Notes: a model not told the origin generated them from the sequence alone. DNA of 64,000 bases from Eubacteriales bacterium (GCA_031549415.1 JAVBPU010000014.1:7982-71981); one strand, 5' to 3'. Positions 46,860 through 57,082 are shown, numbered from the stretch's first letter. Numbers and translations are program-made.

Positions 46860-47789
46860 ATGGAGTCATACTACCTTGAAATCTTCACAGGCGTATCCCA
46901 TGACATCTATTGCCTGGAGGAAGGAGATCCCCCTGTGTTGCTTGCAAATCCTTGCTTTTCCATTGCCCCTGCCGATAGACCCTGCGGTGAAAATGATATT
47001 TTGCTTTGCCTCCAAAAGGATTCCATTCTTTTGGAGCAGGGCGAAACGGAAAATACGCCCGGTTTCCCCAGCGGCAAACAAGTCCTTCCTTGGCTAGACA
47101 CCCTGGAGTTTCCCACAAAACCCAGCTTTCTTTTTACAGTGGAGGGCATCGCCTTTTTTGGGTTGGATGTGCCGGAAACTTCCGTTCCCAAGGATTCCCA
47201 GGGCCTTTCCTTCTACCCCATTTCCATTTTTCGGACCCTGGGTTCTCGCCGGGACAGCTTCGCCCTGCTCACCGCCTACCATCTGCTGGTGTGGGCACGT
47301 TGCCACCGCTTTTGCGGCTGTTGCGGCCATTCCCTTGCCCCTTCCACCACAGAGCGGGCCCTGGCTTGCACCCATTGCGGGCAGGTAATCTACCCCACCA
47401 TCAGCCCGGCCATCTCCGTGGCCATAACCGATGGCGACCGCTTGCTGATGGCCTGCAATGCCCGTGGACGCTTTACGCACTTTTCGCTGGTGGCGGGCTA
47501 TGTGGAGGCAGGTGAAAGCCTGGAACAAACGGTGGCGCGCGAGGTCCAGGAAGAGGTGGGCCTGCGCGTAAAAAATCTTCGCTATGTGGGCAGTCAACCC
47601 TGGGGGCTCAGCCAAACGCTGATGCTGGGTTTTCACGCGGAACTGGACGGCAGTGACCGCATCACCCTGCAGGAAAGCGAGCTGACCGAGGCAAAGTGGT
47701 TCCACAGAAGCGAAATCACAGCCAATCCGGGACCGCTGAGCCTGTCTTTTGCCATGATCGAGATGTTCCGTACCGGCACATTGCCATAA
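46860..47789 (+). CDS. nudC: NAD+ diphosphatase NudC
   Basis: Zinc ribbon CHRFCGCCGH...CTHCG and Nudix box GYVEAGESLEQTVAREVQEEVGL. Confidence 0.88.
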   Translation: MESYYLEIFTGVSHDIYCLEEGDPPVLLANPCFSIAPADRPCGENDILLCLQKDSILLEQGETENTPGFPSGKQVLPWLDTLEFPTKPSFLFTVEGIAFFGLDVPETSVPKDSQGLSFYPISIFRTLGSRRDSFALLTAYHLLVWARCHRFCGCCGHSLAPSTTERALACTHCGQVIYPTISPAISVAITDGDRLLMACNARGRFTHFSLVAGYVEAGESLEQTVAREVQEEVGLRVKNLRYVGSQPWGLSQTLMLGFHAELDGSDRITLQESELTEAKWFHRSEITANPGPLSLSFAMIEMFRTGTLP

Positions 47790-47872
47790 GCCATATTTTC
47801 AAAGCCCGTTTAGGGGCTGCCACCCCTAAAACCGCGTTTCACGCGGTGAACAGCTTATCAAAAAAGTCGTAA

Positions 47873-47898
47873 AAGAGGGCTGCCGCGGCAGCCCTCTT
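47873..47898. terminator. Bidirectional GC-rich hairpin between the convergent nudC and LytTR genes
   Basis: Perfect 26-nt palindrome AAGAGGGCTGCCG/CGGCAGCCCTCTT, with a T-run on the minus-strand side. Confidence 0.7.
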
Positions 47899-47914
47899 GA
47901 GATGACCTCTTTTA

Positions 47915-48667
47915 TTACCGAAACATCTGCTCCATCTCTTCAAATTTCTCGTGGGTAATCAGGGCGTCATGCTTGGTGCCGTGCAGGCGCACCACATAGG
48001 TCCAGCGGCCATAGGGCGTAATGTCCCTGATATGGTTCAAATTGATGATATAGCTTTTGTGGCACCGCAAAAAGGCGTTGCTTTGCAGCCTTTCCTCCAT
48101 CTCCCCCAGGCTGTCTGCCGTCACATAGCGCCCATCGCCCACGGTATAGAGCACCGTGGCCCGGTCCTCCCGCTGCACCAGCAGGATATCCTTCAAGTCA
48201 ATAAAGCTGACTCCGCCCCGGTGGTGCAGCATCATGCGGCCATCCACCACGGGCTTTTTGCCTGTGTCCTTGGGCTTTATGGCCCTTGCGCCAGCCAAAG
48301 TCGCCCGGTCCCTGGCCCTCTCCAGCGTCTGGATCACCCGGTCCATTTTGAAGGGCTTGATCAGATAGTCAAAGGCATAGACCGAAAAGGCATCCCCCAT
48401 GTACGCCTCATGGGCAGTGGCAAACACGATGATTACAGTGGGGTCCATGTCTTGGATGATTCTGGCGCATTCCACGCCTGTGGCTCCAGGCATTTCCACA
48501 TCCAAAAACACCATATTGGGCTTGGTACTTTCCAAAAGCTCCAGGGCCTGGGGGCCGTCCTCCGCCTGACCCACCAGCTGGCAGCCTTCTACCTTTTCAA
48601 TGATGCGTCGCAGAATGTCCCGCATATGGGCATCGTCATCGGCAATGAGCACACGCAATGTTGCCAC
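47915..48667 (-). CDS. LytTR-family response regulator
   Basis: Receiver domain RVLIADDDAHMRDIL...MVFLDVEMPG and LytTR domain FLRCHKSYIINLNHI. Confidence 0.9.
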   Translation of the reverse strand: MATLRVLIADDDAHMRDILRRIIEKVEGCQLVGQAEDGPQALELLESTKPNMVFLDVEMPGATGVECARIIQDMDPTVIIVFATAHEAYMGDAFSVYAFDYLIKPFKMDRVIQTLERARDRATLAGARAIKPKDTGKKPVVDGRMMLHHRGGVSFIDLKDILLVQREDRATVLYTVGDGRYVTADSLGEMEERLQSNAFLRCHKSYIINLNHIRDITPYGRWTYVVRLHGTKHDALITHEKFEEMEQMFR

Positions 48668-49186
48668 TTACCGCTTCCCCCATTTCCGCTGGCCGGGGCG
48701 GGCCAAAACCTCACTCATCACCACGGCCTGCACCAAACTGTCCCCATGGAGCGCAAAAGGCAGGGAATGCTGCTGCGGAAGCCCCTGCAACTCTTGCTCC
48801 AAATCCCAAAGATGGCTGTCCCCATGGCCCAACGTGGAGTCACAAAGGTCCAGCCCTTCCGTAGACTGATACTCCATGGAACCGGCCAGCTGGCCCTCTC
48901 CGCTGGATTCTCCCTCCAGAAAGGTCCGGGGCTTGACGGGCTGATAGGCCGGGGTGGTGCCCATACGGCTTTGCACCGTAGCGTCTGGCCTTGCCATGGG
49001 CGCTTTCTGGGAAACGATCTCTTGCCAGGTTTTCTGTCCCCAGCCTGTTTCATCCAGTTTTGCAAGACTTTTGATGAAATACCGCATTTTCTCGGGCACT
49101 TGTTGCTTTTTCAGCCGTTTCACAATGGCAAGCGGGACCCAGACAAAGAACAAAAGAGGAAGCAGCGCCCCAAAGATCTCATCCAT
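48668..49186 (-). CDS. Small single-pass membrane protein of unknown function (172 aa)
   Basis: ATG at 49186 after SD GGAGGGG. TM segment IFGALLPLLFFVWVPLAIV. Its stop abuts the ATG of the response regulator. Confidence 0.6.
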   Translation of the reverse strand: MDEIFGALLPLLFFVWVPLAIVKRLKKQQVPEKMRYFIKSLAKLDETGWGQKTWQEIVSQKAPMARPDATVQSRMGTTPAYQPVKPRTFLEGESSGEGQLAGSMEYQSTEGLDLCDSTLGHGDSHLWDLEQELQGLPQQHSLPFALHGDSLVQAVVMSEVLARPGQRKWGKR

Positions 49187-49248
49187 ACACACCCCTCCGT
49201 CCAGCAGCGGCAGAGCCTTGCTCTGCCGCTATCGCTATACCGCCCAGC

Positions 49249-50328
49249 CTATTTTTTATCCTGGGGCAGGCCTAACTCCGCGGTACCGCCGGGCGTGCTG
49301 GCCTTGGCGATGCCCTCCCGCATATTGGTATCCGCCACCACATTCTGCATTTGATAATAATCCATCACGCCCAGCTTGCCTTCCCGCAGGGCTGCGGCCA
49401 TGGCCTTGGGCACTTCCGCCTCTGCCTCCACCACCCGGGCGCGCATCTCCTGGACAGCGGCCTTCATTTCCTGCTCGTGGGCCACAGCCATGGCGCGGCG
49501 CTCCTCCGCCCGGGCCTGGGCAATGCGCCGGTCGGCCTCCGCCTGATCCATTTGCAGCTGCGCGCCGATGTTCCGGCCCACGTCCACGTCCGCGATGTCA
49601 ATGGAAAGGATCTCGTAGGCCGTTCCGGCGTCCAGGCCTTTGTTCAGCACGGTTTGGCTGATCAGGTCCGGGTTTTCCAGCACCTGCTTGTGGGTCTCGC
49701 TGGAACCCACCGTGGTGACGATGCCCTCACCCACCCGGGCAATGATGGTTTCTTCCCCGGCGCCGCCTACCAGGCGTTCGATGTTGGTCCGCACGGTCAC
49801 GCGGGCTTTGGCCCGCAGCTCAATGCCGTCCTTGGCAATGGCCGCCACCACCGGGGTCTCAATCACCTTCGGGGTCACGCTCATCTGCACGGCCTGCAAA
49901 ACGTCACGGCCCGCCAGGTCAATGGCCGATGCTTTCTCAAAAGGCATTTCAATCTTGGAGCGCTGGGCGGCAATCAATGCGTTGATGACCCGGTCCACAT
50001 TGCCACCGGCCAGGTAGTGGGTCTCCAGCTTGGACAAGGTTACGTCCAGACCAGCTTTCCTGGCTTTGATCAAGGGCTCCACCAAGCGCTTGGGCTCAAT
50101 GCGGCGCAGGCGCATGCCCACCAAGGACCCGATGCTCACATGCACACCGGCTGCCATGGAGGTAATCCACAGGCCCACCGGCACAAAGCGTAAGAAAATG
50201 ACCACAAAAATGATAGCCAGAACGATAGAAACAATCACCCACACCAGGGCCATTTCGTTGGTATCCGAGACGCTATTGCTCAATCCCTTGAAACCCAGCG
50301 AGGCCAGATACATGCTATTCAAAACCAT
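49249..50328 (-). CDS. floA: Flotillin-like protein FloA
   Basis: [31 protein letters not shown]...[33 protein letters not shown] 5 nt before the ATG. Confidence 0.9.
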   Translation of the reverse strand: MVLNSMYLASLGFKGLSNSVSDTNEMALVWVIVSIVLAIIFVVIFLRFVPVGLWITSMAAGVHVSIGSLVGMRLRRIEPKRLVEPLIKARKAGLDVTLSKLETHYLAGGNVDRVINALIAAQRSKIEMPFEKASAIDLAGRDVLQAVQMSVTPKVIETPVVAAIAKDGIELRAKARVTVRTNIERLVGGAGEETIIARVGEGIVTTVGSSETHKQVLENPDLISQTVLNKGLDAGTAYEILSIDIADVDVGRNIGAQLQMDQAEADRRIAQARAEERRAMAVAHEQEMKAAVQEMRARVVEAEAEVPKAMAAALREGKLGVMDYYQMQNVVADTNMREGIAKASTPGGTAELGLPQDKK

Positions 50329-50396
50329 AAGAGCCCCTCCTTCTTTATGTTGAACCTTTACAAAAACTCATCTAGCCTGTCAAGCCGAGGCAGTCC

Positions 50397-50984
50397 TTAT
50401 GCCTCCGTCACCTTGCGCACCACTACCCGAACCCCCTCCACATGGTCCACCTTCACCGGCGTATCCTTAGGGATGTATTCCCCGTCGGCCACCACGTTGA
50501 GCTTTACGCCCTCAAACTCCGCCATGCCTGTGGGCCGCAGCACCGTGGTGGTGGTGCCCTCCTTGCCCAAAAAAACATCCATGTCCGAGGTGGTGGTATA
50601 GCCTTCGGCGTTGGTCTCCCGGTCCGTCAAAATGATGGAGGATTTGGAAAGCCGCCCTTTGCTGGCCGAGCGAAGGGCAATGGAAACAGTAATGCCGATC
50701 AACGCCAAAATCACCAGGGTCATGCCCAGTGCCGCCAACCCGCCATAATTGACGTACACCAGCGCAATGCTGACGATTTCCAAAATGATGCCGGAGATGC
50801 CCGGCAGGCCAAAGCCCGGCATGAACACCTCCACAATCAGCAGCCCGATGCCAAACAGAAAGCACAGAATAATGGATAGGTTTGCGGAAATAAATTCCAA
50901 CACGCGCTCCTCCACCTCTCCTTCCAAAATCTCAAGGCTTCGCCTCATTGTCTTGATCATACCATATGGCTGGGGCTTTGTCAT
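50397..50984 (-). CDS. NfeD-family membrane protein
   Basis: Multi-span N-terminus with a C-terminal OB-like GKEGTTTTVLRPTGMAEFEGVKLNVVADGEYIPKDTPVKV. Conserved pairing with floA. Confidence 0.78.
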   Translation of the reverse strand: MTKPQPYGMIKTMRRSLEILEGEVEERVLEFISANLSIILCFLFGIGLLIVEVFMPGFGLPGISGIILEIVSIALVYVNYGGLAALGMTLVILALIGITVSIALRSASKGRLSKSSIILTDRETNAEGYTTTSDMDVFLGKEGTTTTVLRPTGMAEFEGVKLNVVADGEYIPKDTPVKVDHVEGVRVVVRKVTEA

Positions 50985-51013
50985 GCTGTGCTCCGCGCAA
51001 CCATACAGATTTT

Positions 51014-51649
51014 CTATTCAATTGTCACCAGGGCCGCTTTTGGCCTTTGCAAAGAATCCCGTAGGCGCTCCATGTCCCGCTGATAGGTTTCCGCCAGCGC
51101 CGCACGGTAAATGACGGCCGCCGGATGATACAACGCAAAAAGCGGCAAGGTCAGGGCCTTCCCCTTGGGGGGGTGCACCACGGCCTGGTGCCATTGCCCA
51201 TGGCGGTCCCCAATGGTCTGGTTCCCGGACAAAAAGGCCCGCATGGCCACATTGCCCAACGTCACCAACGCTCCCGGCTCCACCAGCGCAATCTCCCGCA
51301 TCAGCCAGGGAGAAAACAGCTCCACCTCTTCCTTGGTAGGAGGCCGGTTAACGCTTCGTCCTGCCGCGCTTCTTCGGGTAGGCCGAATTTTCACCACATT
51401 GGAAAGGTAGATCTCATCGCGCCGAAGCCCCAGCACCTGCAAAAAGGCGTCCAGGTTCTTGCCCGCCTTTCCCACAAAGGGCTTCCCCTGCAAGGCCTCC
51501 TGTTCACCCGGCGCCTCGCCAATGAGCATTAGCACGGGCTTTTCCCGGCAACCGTCCCCAAAAACCAGGGGTTTGCCCTCCCCTGCCCAAAGCCCGTCAA
51601 AAAAGCGGGTGCATTCCCGTTCCATTTTTTGTAAAGTCGCTTCTGCCAT
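51014..51649 (-). CDS. Family-4 uracil-DNA glycosylase
   Basis: MLIGEAPGEQEALQGKPFVGKAGKNLD motif and HPAAV. ATG at 51649 after SD GGAGAGGAG. Confidence 0.82.
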   Translation of the reverse strand: MAEATLQKMERECTRFFDGLWAGEGKPLVFGDGCREKPVLMLIGEAPGEQEALQGKPFVGKAGKNLDAFLQVLGLRRDEIYLSNVVKIRPTRRSAAGRSVNRPPTKEEVELFSPWLMREIALVEPGALVTLGNVAMRAFLSGNQTIGDRHGQWHQAVVHPPKGKALTLPLFALYHPAAVIYRAALAETYQRDMERLRDSLQRPKAALVTIE

Positions 51650-51711
51650 GCGGTCTCCTCTCCCAGATTTGCTCCAGGCTATTTTGCGCATGGCGTTCAT
51701 GGCCCATACGC

Positions 51712-52089
51712 TTACTGAATATTGCTTTGCAAAATCACAAAGGAATGGGTGATGTCCGTTTTCACCCAGGAAAACAGGCTAAAAATCAGCGCCGTCAGCG
51801 CCAAAATGACCACCACACCCGCCAAAACGCTGGCGGTGTCAAACACATTCATGGCCACATGAAAGCGGTGCTGGTCGTCCAGTTCCTCATGAAACATGGA
51901 GTACTCTTCCTCCTGAGGAAGGTAGCCCTCCTCCAGTTCATACCCCGCATAGTCTTCCTCGTATCCCTCTTCGTCCTCTTCATACCCAGCTGAAGCATAG
52001 AGGCCGTTTTCAACGTCCTCTTCTTCCGGCATGGCTTCCTGATAGCCCGTTTGAAACACACGGGTATTCTGGTCCACGGCGCATCCCAT
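51712..52089 (-). CDS. Small tail-anchored protein with an acidic Tyr/Glu-rich N-terminal half
   Basis: 125 aa. GYEEDEEGYEEDYAGYELEEGY repeats followed by TM segment VLAGVVVILALTALIFSLF. Confidence 0.5.
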   Translation of the reverse strand: MGCAVDQNTRVFQTGYQEAMPEEEDVENGLYASAGYEEDEEGYEEDYAGYELEEGYLPQEEEYSMFHEELDDQHRFHVAMNVFDTASVLAGVVVILALTALIFSLFSWVKTDITHSFVILQSNIQ

Positions 52090-52128
52090 CCTTTCCCAGA
52101 AAGGTTTCCTATCCTATTGAACGTCCCA

Positions 52129-52644
52129 TCAAACATAATCCATCCAGGGCGCGCTGGCATCCTCCCGGCCTGTCAGCTCCCCCGCCCTTTGCAAGCCCGG
52201 AAAACCTTGGCTCCGCAGGGCCTCGTACAGCACAATAGCCACGGAATTGCTGAGGTTCAGGCTCCGGGCCTCCGGCACCATGGGAATGCGGATGCAGCGT
52301 TCATAGGCCTTGGAAAGCAAGCTCTCCGGCAGGCCCTTGGTTTCGCAGCCAAAGACCAAAAAATCCTCCGGGCCGTAGCTGGCTTCCGTATAGCTGCGGG
52401 GGGCCTTGGTGGACAAAAAATGCATCCTCGCATCCGGATGGGCCTCCAACAGCTCCGCAAAGCTTTCATACAAACGATAGCTCATCATCTGCCAATAGTC
52501 CAGCCCGGCCCGTTTCAGATATTTATCCTCCAAGGAAAACCCCAGCGGACCGATCAGGTGCAATTTCGCGCCTGTGGCAGCGCAGGTGCGGGCAATGTTC
52601 CCTGTGTTCTGGGGAATTTCCGGGTTCACCAATACAATGTTCAT
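52129..52644 (-). CDS. trmL: tRNA (cytidine/uridine-2'-O-)-methyltransferase TrmL (SpoU family)
   Basis: MNIVLVNPEIPQNTGNIARTCAATGAKLHLIGPLGF. Confidence 0.88.
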   Translation of the reverse strand: MNIVLVNPEIPQNTGNIARTCAATGAKLHLIGPLGFSLEDKYLKRAGLDYWQMMSYRLYESFAELLEAHPDARMHFLSTKAPRSYTEASYGPEDFLVFGCETKGLPESLLSKAYERCIRIPMVPEARSLNLSNSVAIVLYEALRSQGFPGLQRAGELTGREDASAPWMDYV

Positions 52645-52711
52645 GCCTTGCTCCTGTTTCTTACGGGTTTTCCTCCCTGATTGTACCGCGAAAAAATGGG
52701 AATATCAACCC

Positions 52712-54736
52712 TTAGCTCATGGACACCCGCTCCGCAATCTGGTCCAAATACTGCTTGGCCTCCCTTTGCAGCTGCTGCCAAAGCTCAGCCTGGGCCGGGT
52801 CCTCTTCGATGGCTTCCACACAGGCGGCGGTCTCGTACAGTAGAGGCATATCTCCAAACATCATGCCGCTGAGGGCCGAGGCTGCCCCATGCTGCTGCGT
52901 CCCCAAAATTTCACCGGGACCCCGAAGTTCCAGGTCCTTCCTGGCGATTTCAAACCCGTCGTTGGTTTGCACCAAGGCCGTCAGGCGCTCATTTTCCTTA
53001 GCCAATAAGAAACACCAGCTCTGGTCCGTGCCACGGCCCACCCGGCCCCGCAGCTGGTGCAACTGGGCCAGACCAAAGCGGTCCGCGTCCTCAATGATCA
53101 TCAGCGTGGCGTTTGGCACATTCACCCCCACCTCAATCACCGTGGTGGCCACCAAAACCTGAATCTCCTTTCCCACAAAGCCTGAAAGGGTCCTTTCTTT
53201 TTCCTCCGCAGGCTGCTTGCCGTAGGTCAGCCCCAAAGTGAACCCCTTCAGCGGTCCCGTTTGCAGCTCCTCCACATGGGTGGTGGCCGCCTTTACAGCC
53301 TCCATGGCCTCGCTTTCCTCCACCAGGGGGCATACGATGTAGGCCTGCTGCCCCGCCAAAAGCTTGTCCCTCAAAAAACCGTACATGTCCGCCCGTTTTT
53401 CTTCCGGCACGATGCGGGTAGCCACGGGCAAACGCCCCGGCGGCAGCTCCTCCACCACGGAAACCGACAAATCGCCAAACATAGCCAAGGCCAGCGTTCT
53501 GGGAATGGGGGTGGCGGACATCACCAGCAAATGGGGAGACCTGGCACTTTCCCCCGCACCGCTGGCTCCCTTGTTCAGCAACGCCGTCCGCTGGCTGACC
53601 CCAAAGCGGTGCTGCTCATCCGTGATGCAAAGCCCCAGGTTCTGGTATTCCACCCCTTTGCTGATCAGGGCATGGGTGCCGATCACCACCCGCCAGTCCC
53701 CGCTGGCCAAACGCGCGGCGGCTTCCCGCCGTTCTTTTGCGGGCATGCCGCCCAGTAGCAGACCGCAGGGGATGCCCTGGGCTTCAAAAAAGGGCCGGAT
53801 GCTTTCAAAATGCTGTCTGGCCAGGATTTCTGTGGGCGCCATCAAGGCTGCCTGATACCCTGCTTCCACACAGAGCTGCATGGCGCCCATGGCAATGGCG
53901 GTTTTCCCGCAGCCCACATCCCCCTGGACCATGCGGGCCATGGCTTTGTCCGCGGCCATATCCTTGGCAATCTCTTGCAAGGTCCGCCTTTGGGCCTGGG
54001 TGGGGGCAAAGGGCAGCCTGTCCCAAAAAGCATCTTGCTGCGCCAAAGGGGCGGGCATGGGCATGCCAATCTTTCGGAGGTTCTTCATCATGCGTACCGC
54101 CACTTGGTACAAGAGCATCTGTTCAAAAACGATCCTGCGCCGGGCCTCCTTCACCTGCTCCATGCCTTGGGGCCTGTGCAGCGCTTGGAGGGCCTCCGCA
54201 ATGCCCGGGAGGCCATAGCGCAGGCGCAAGCTCTCCGGCAGGGTTTCCGGGCAGGTTTCTTCCACAAAGGCCAGCGCTTGTTTGGTGAGGCTTTCGTGGG
54301 TTTTTTGGGGCAGGCCTTCTATGAGCCGGTACACCGGCACGATGCGGGTCTCATCCTCCAGGCTGGGGTTCACCAATTGCAGTCCCTTGCCGTACCGCTC
54401 CAGCCGCCCATACAGCAGCGCCCGGGTACGCCGGAGCAGGTTTTCCTTCATCCAGGGCTGGTTGAACCAGCAGCAGGTCACCTCTCCTGTATCATCCTCC
54501 CACTGGCAGGTGACACGGCTCTTCCCCCCAAACCGGGCCAGCTTTGGCTCGGTGCTGCGCCGCACCCAAAAGCAGGCATATTCCCCCACCCGTGCTTCCC
54601 CGATGGGCAGGCAGGAACTGGCATCCTTGTACTTGGTAGGAAGCGCATATAAAAGATCACGCAACGAGAAAATCCCCGCTGCGTGCATGGCTGCCAATCT
54701 TTTGTTCCCGATTCCCTGTAGCTGAGACAGTTCCAT
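52712..54736 (-). CDS. recG: ATP-dependent DNA helicase RecG
   Basis: Wedge domain plus helicase motifs GDVGCGKTAIA, DEQHRFGV and QLHQLRGRVGRG. Confidence 0.95.
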   Translation of the reverse strand: MELSQLQGIGNKRLAAMHAAGIFSLRDLLYALPTKYKDASSCLPIGEARVGEYACFWVRRSTEPKLARFGGKSRVTCQWEDDTGEVTCCWFNQPWMKENLLRRTRALLYGRLERYGKGLQLVNPSLEDETRIVPVYRLIEGLPQKTHESLTKQALAFVEETCPETLPESLRLRYGLPGIAEALQALHRPQGMEQVKEARRRIVFEQMLLYQVAVRMMKNLRKIGMPMPAPLAQQDAFWDRLPFAPTQAQRRTLQEIAKDMAADKAMARMVQGDVGCGKTAIAMGAMQLCVEAGYQAALMAPTEILARQHFESIRPFFEAQGIPCGLLLGGMPAKERREAAARLASGDWRVVIGTHALISKGVEYQNLGLCITDEQHRFGVSQRTALLNKGASGAGESARSPHLLVMSATPIPRTLALAMFGDLSVSVVEELPPGRLPVATRIVPEEKRADMYGFLRDKLLAGQQAYIVCPLVEESEAMEAVKAATTHVEELQTGPLKGFTLGLTYGKQPAEEKERTLSGFVGKEIQVLVATTVIEVGVNVPNATLMIIEDADRFGLAQLHQLRGRVGRGTDQSWCFLLAKENERLTALVQTNDGFEIARKDLELRGPGEILGTQQHGAASALSGMMFGDMPLLYETAACVEAIEEDPAQAELWQQLQREAKQYLDQIAERVSMS

Positions 54737-54739
54737 GGG

Positions 54740-56395
54740 CTACTCCACAGACACCAGATAGTAGTACAGGGGTTGTCCACCCCGGTGCATTTCCACATCG
54801 CACATGTCATAGGCAGAAGCAATTTCATCGGTCAGGGCCTTGGCGTCCTCCGCGCTTACGTCCTTGCCGTAGTAAACGGTGATCAGCTCATCGTCATCCG
54901 TCATGATTTCCTTCATCAGATCAGAGGTCACATCATGGATGTCGGTCCCCACCACCTGGATTTTGCCATTATACAGGCCAATAATGTCCCCTTGCTTGAT
55001 GTGCAAATCGTCCAATTCCGTATCCCGCACGGCATAAGTCACCATGCCAGTGCGCACCCGCTGGGCCGCGTCATTCATGCGGTGGGCGTTGTCCTCACCG
55101 CTGGCGTCCTGCTGAAAGGCCACCGCCGCCGCAATGCCCATGGCCACGTTCTTGGTGGGCACCACGTGGACTTCCTTGTCCTCGCATAGCTCCGCAGCCT
55201 GCTGGGCCGCCAGGATCACATTGCCATTGTTGGGCAGCACAAAAACACACTTGGCACGCACCTTCCCAATGGCTTCAAACAAATCCTCGATGCTGGGGTT
55301 CATGGTTTGGCCGCCTTCCACGATCTGGTCCACGGTCAAATCCGCAAAAATCTTGTTGAAACCGTCCCCCATGGACACTGCCACCATGCCAAAGGCCTTG
55401 GGAGGGTCGTTAGCAGGCTCCGCCTTGGGGGCGGTGATGCCCTGTTTGTCCCGGCGCTGCTGCACCATGTTTTCGATCTTCAGGTTCACCAGTTCTCCCA
55501 AGGATAGGCCGTACTCCAAAGCCTTTCCAGGCTCATTGGTGTGCACATGCACCTTCACCAAGGACAAATCGCCTACCACCAGCACGCAATCGCCAATCCG
55601 GTTCAGGCGGCGGCGGAAGGAATCCACGTCCTCCTCCAGGATATCCGGATACAGGTTTTGAATCAAAAACTCCGTGCAGTAAGCAAACTCGATTTCGCCC
55701 ATGGCATCATGGTCGTCTTCAAAAGCCACTTCGCCATCGGCGGAAAAGTCCATCCTTTCCAAAGGAATCTCTTCGCCCCGCAGGGTGGCGGCATACCCCA
55801 TATAAATCAGCAGCAAGCCCCGGCCGCCCGCGTCCACAACCCCGGCTTGGGTCAGCGCCGGCAGCATTTGCTGGGTCTTTTTCAAAATCGCGTCGCCCGT
55901 GGTCAAAATGGTGGTAAAAAGTCCGTCATAATCATCAGGGTGGCGTTCCGCCTGCTTCACCGCGTCCTCCGCAATGACCCGGGCCACGGTCAAAATGGTG
56001 CCTTCCTTGGGCTTCATCACTGCCTTATAGGCGGTTTCCGCGCCGCTTTTCAGCGCCGCTGCGAACTGCGTAGGCGTGATGCGTTCAATGCCTTCCAGCG
56101 CCCGAGCGAAGCCGCGGTACAGCTGGGAAGTGATCACGCCGCTATTCCCCCGGGCACCGCGAAGCGCGCCCCGGGCCAGCGCGTCCGCCGCCTCGCCAGC
56201 GCTTAAATATTCCTTGTTGCTGATTTCCTTTGTGGCCGACATCATGGTCAGCGACATATTGGTACCCGTATCTCCATCCGGAACAGGGAAAACGTTCAGG
56301 GCATCCACTGCTTCCCGGTTTTTTTCCAACATGGCCGCACCGGCTAAAACCATATCGCGCAGCAGCAGGCCATCGATTGTCTTGGACTGTATCAA
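54740..56395 (-). CDS. DAK2-domain fusion protein YloV
   Basis: NVFPVPDGDTGTNM DAK2 motif plus the C-terminal DegV-like/YloV domain. Conserved asp23-yloV-recG order. Confidence 0.9.
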   Translation of the reverse strand: MIQSKTIDGLLLRDMVLAGAAMLEKNREAVDALNVFPVPDGDTGTNMSLTMMSATKEISNKEYLSAGEAADALARGALRGARGNSGVITSQLYRGFARALEGIERITPTQFAAALKSGAETAYKAVMKPKEGTILTVARVIAEDAVKQAERHPDDYDGLFTTILTTGDAILKKTQQMLPALTQAGVVDAGGRGLLLIYMGYAATLRGEEIPLERMDFSADGEVAFEDDHDAMGEIEFAYCTEFLIQNLYPDILEEDVDSFRRRLNRIGDCVLVVGDLSLVKVHVHTNEPGKALEYGLSLGELVNLKIENMVQQRRDKQGITAPKAEPANDPPKAFGMVAVSMGDGFNKIFADLTVDQIVEGGQTMNPSIEDLFEAIGKVRAKCVFVLPNNGNVILAAQQAAELCEDKEVHVVPTKNVAMGIAAAVAFQQDASGEDNAHRMNDAAQRVRTGMVTYAVRDTELDDLHIKQGDIIGLYNGKIQVVGTDIHDVTSDLMKEIMTDDDELITVYYGKDVSAEDAKALTDEIASAYDMCDVEMHRGGQPLYYYLVSVE

Positions 56396-56418
56396 CAGTG
56401 TTTCCTCCCGATGCTAAA

Positions 56419-56769
56419 TTAGACCCGCACGCCTTCCACGGAGATATTCACCCGGCGGACCTTCACGCCGGTCATGCTCTCCAGCTTATAGCGCACTGTC
56501 TCCACGATGGTTTTGCAAACCTCAGCAATGGAAATGCCATATTCCACAATAATAAACAGGTCCACATCCAGCACGTCATCCGAAAGGCGCAGCTGCACAC
56601 CCTTGGTCAGGTTCTCCCGCCCAAGCCATTGCACAAAGCCGTCCTTGGCGCGCTTGCTGGACATAGCCACGATTCCATAGCACTCCAAAGCCGCGTAGCC
56701 AACCACTTTCAGCATCACGTCCTCGGTAATGTACACTGTGCCGATTTCGTTCTTAATTTTGCATTCCAT
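56419..56769 (-). CDS. Asp23/Gls24-family envelope stress protein
   Basis: GTVYITEDVMLKVVGYAALECYGIV...VNISVEGVRV. ATG at 56769 after SD AAGGAGG. The track start at 56934 was rejected. Confidence 0.88.
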   Translation of the reverse strand: MECKIKNEIGTVYITEDVMLKVVGYAALECYGIVAMSSKRAKDGFVQWLGRENLTKGVQLRLSDDVLDVDLFIIVEYGISIAEVCKTIVETVRYKLESMTGVKVRRVNISVEGVRV

Positions 56770-57082
56770 TCTGTACCAATGCCTCCTTGTAGCGATCAAC
56801 GCGCCCGGCAATGATTCCCACCCGCGCTCCGCACGGCAATCATGGTCATTATACATGAACATAGCCCGTTGCGCAACCGTTTCATGGCAACATTTTTCTG
56901 ATGGAGGCTGGCCGCAGAAGGTTTTCTCTCCCATTTCCAGAAACTGTTACAACTTTGCTGCACTCCTTTGCTCCAACCTGTATAGAGATACTATATATAG
57001 GGAATTCCTCTGTGTGCCCTCCACAAATTCCAAGCTTTGTCATTTATTCGTCACAGGCGTTTCACAGCTTTTGAGGGATATG

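Noticed and set aside
47831-47851. A parS-like sequence, CGCGTTTCACGCGGTGAACAG.
   Set aside because: The left half matches GTTTCACG. The right half needs a 2-nt insertion relative to TGTTNCACGTGAAACA. It is better explained as the stem-loop ACCGCG-TTTCA-CGCGGT.
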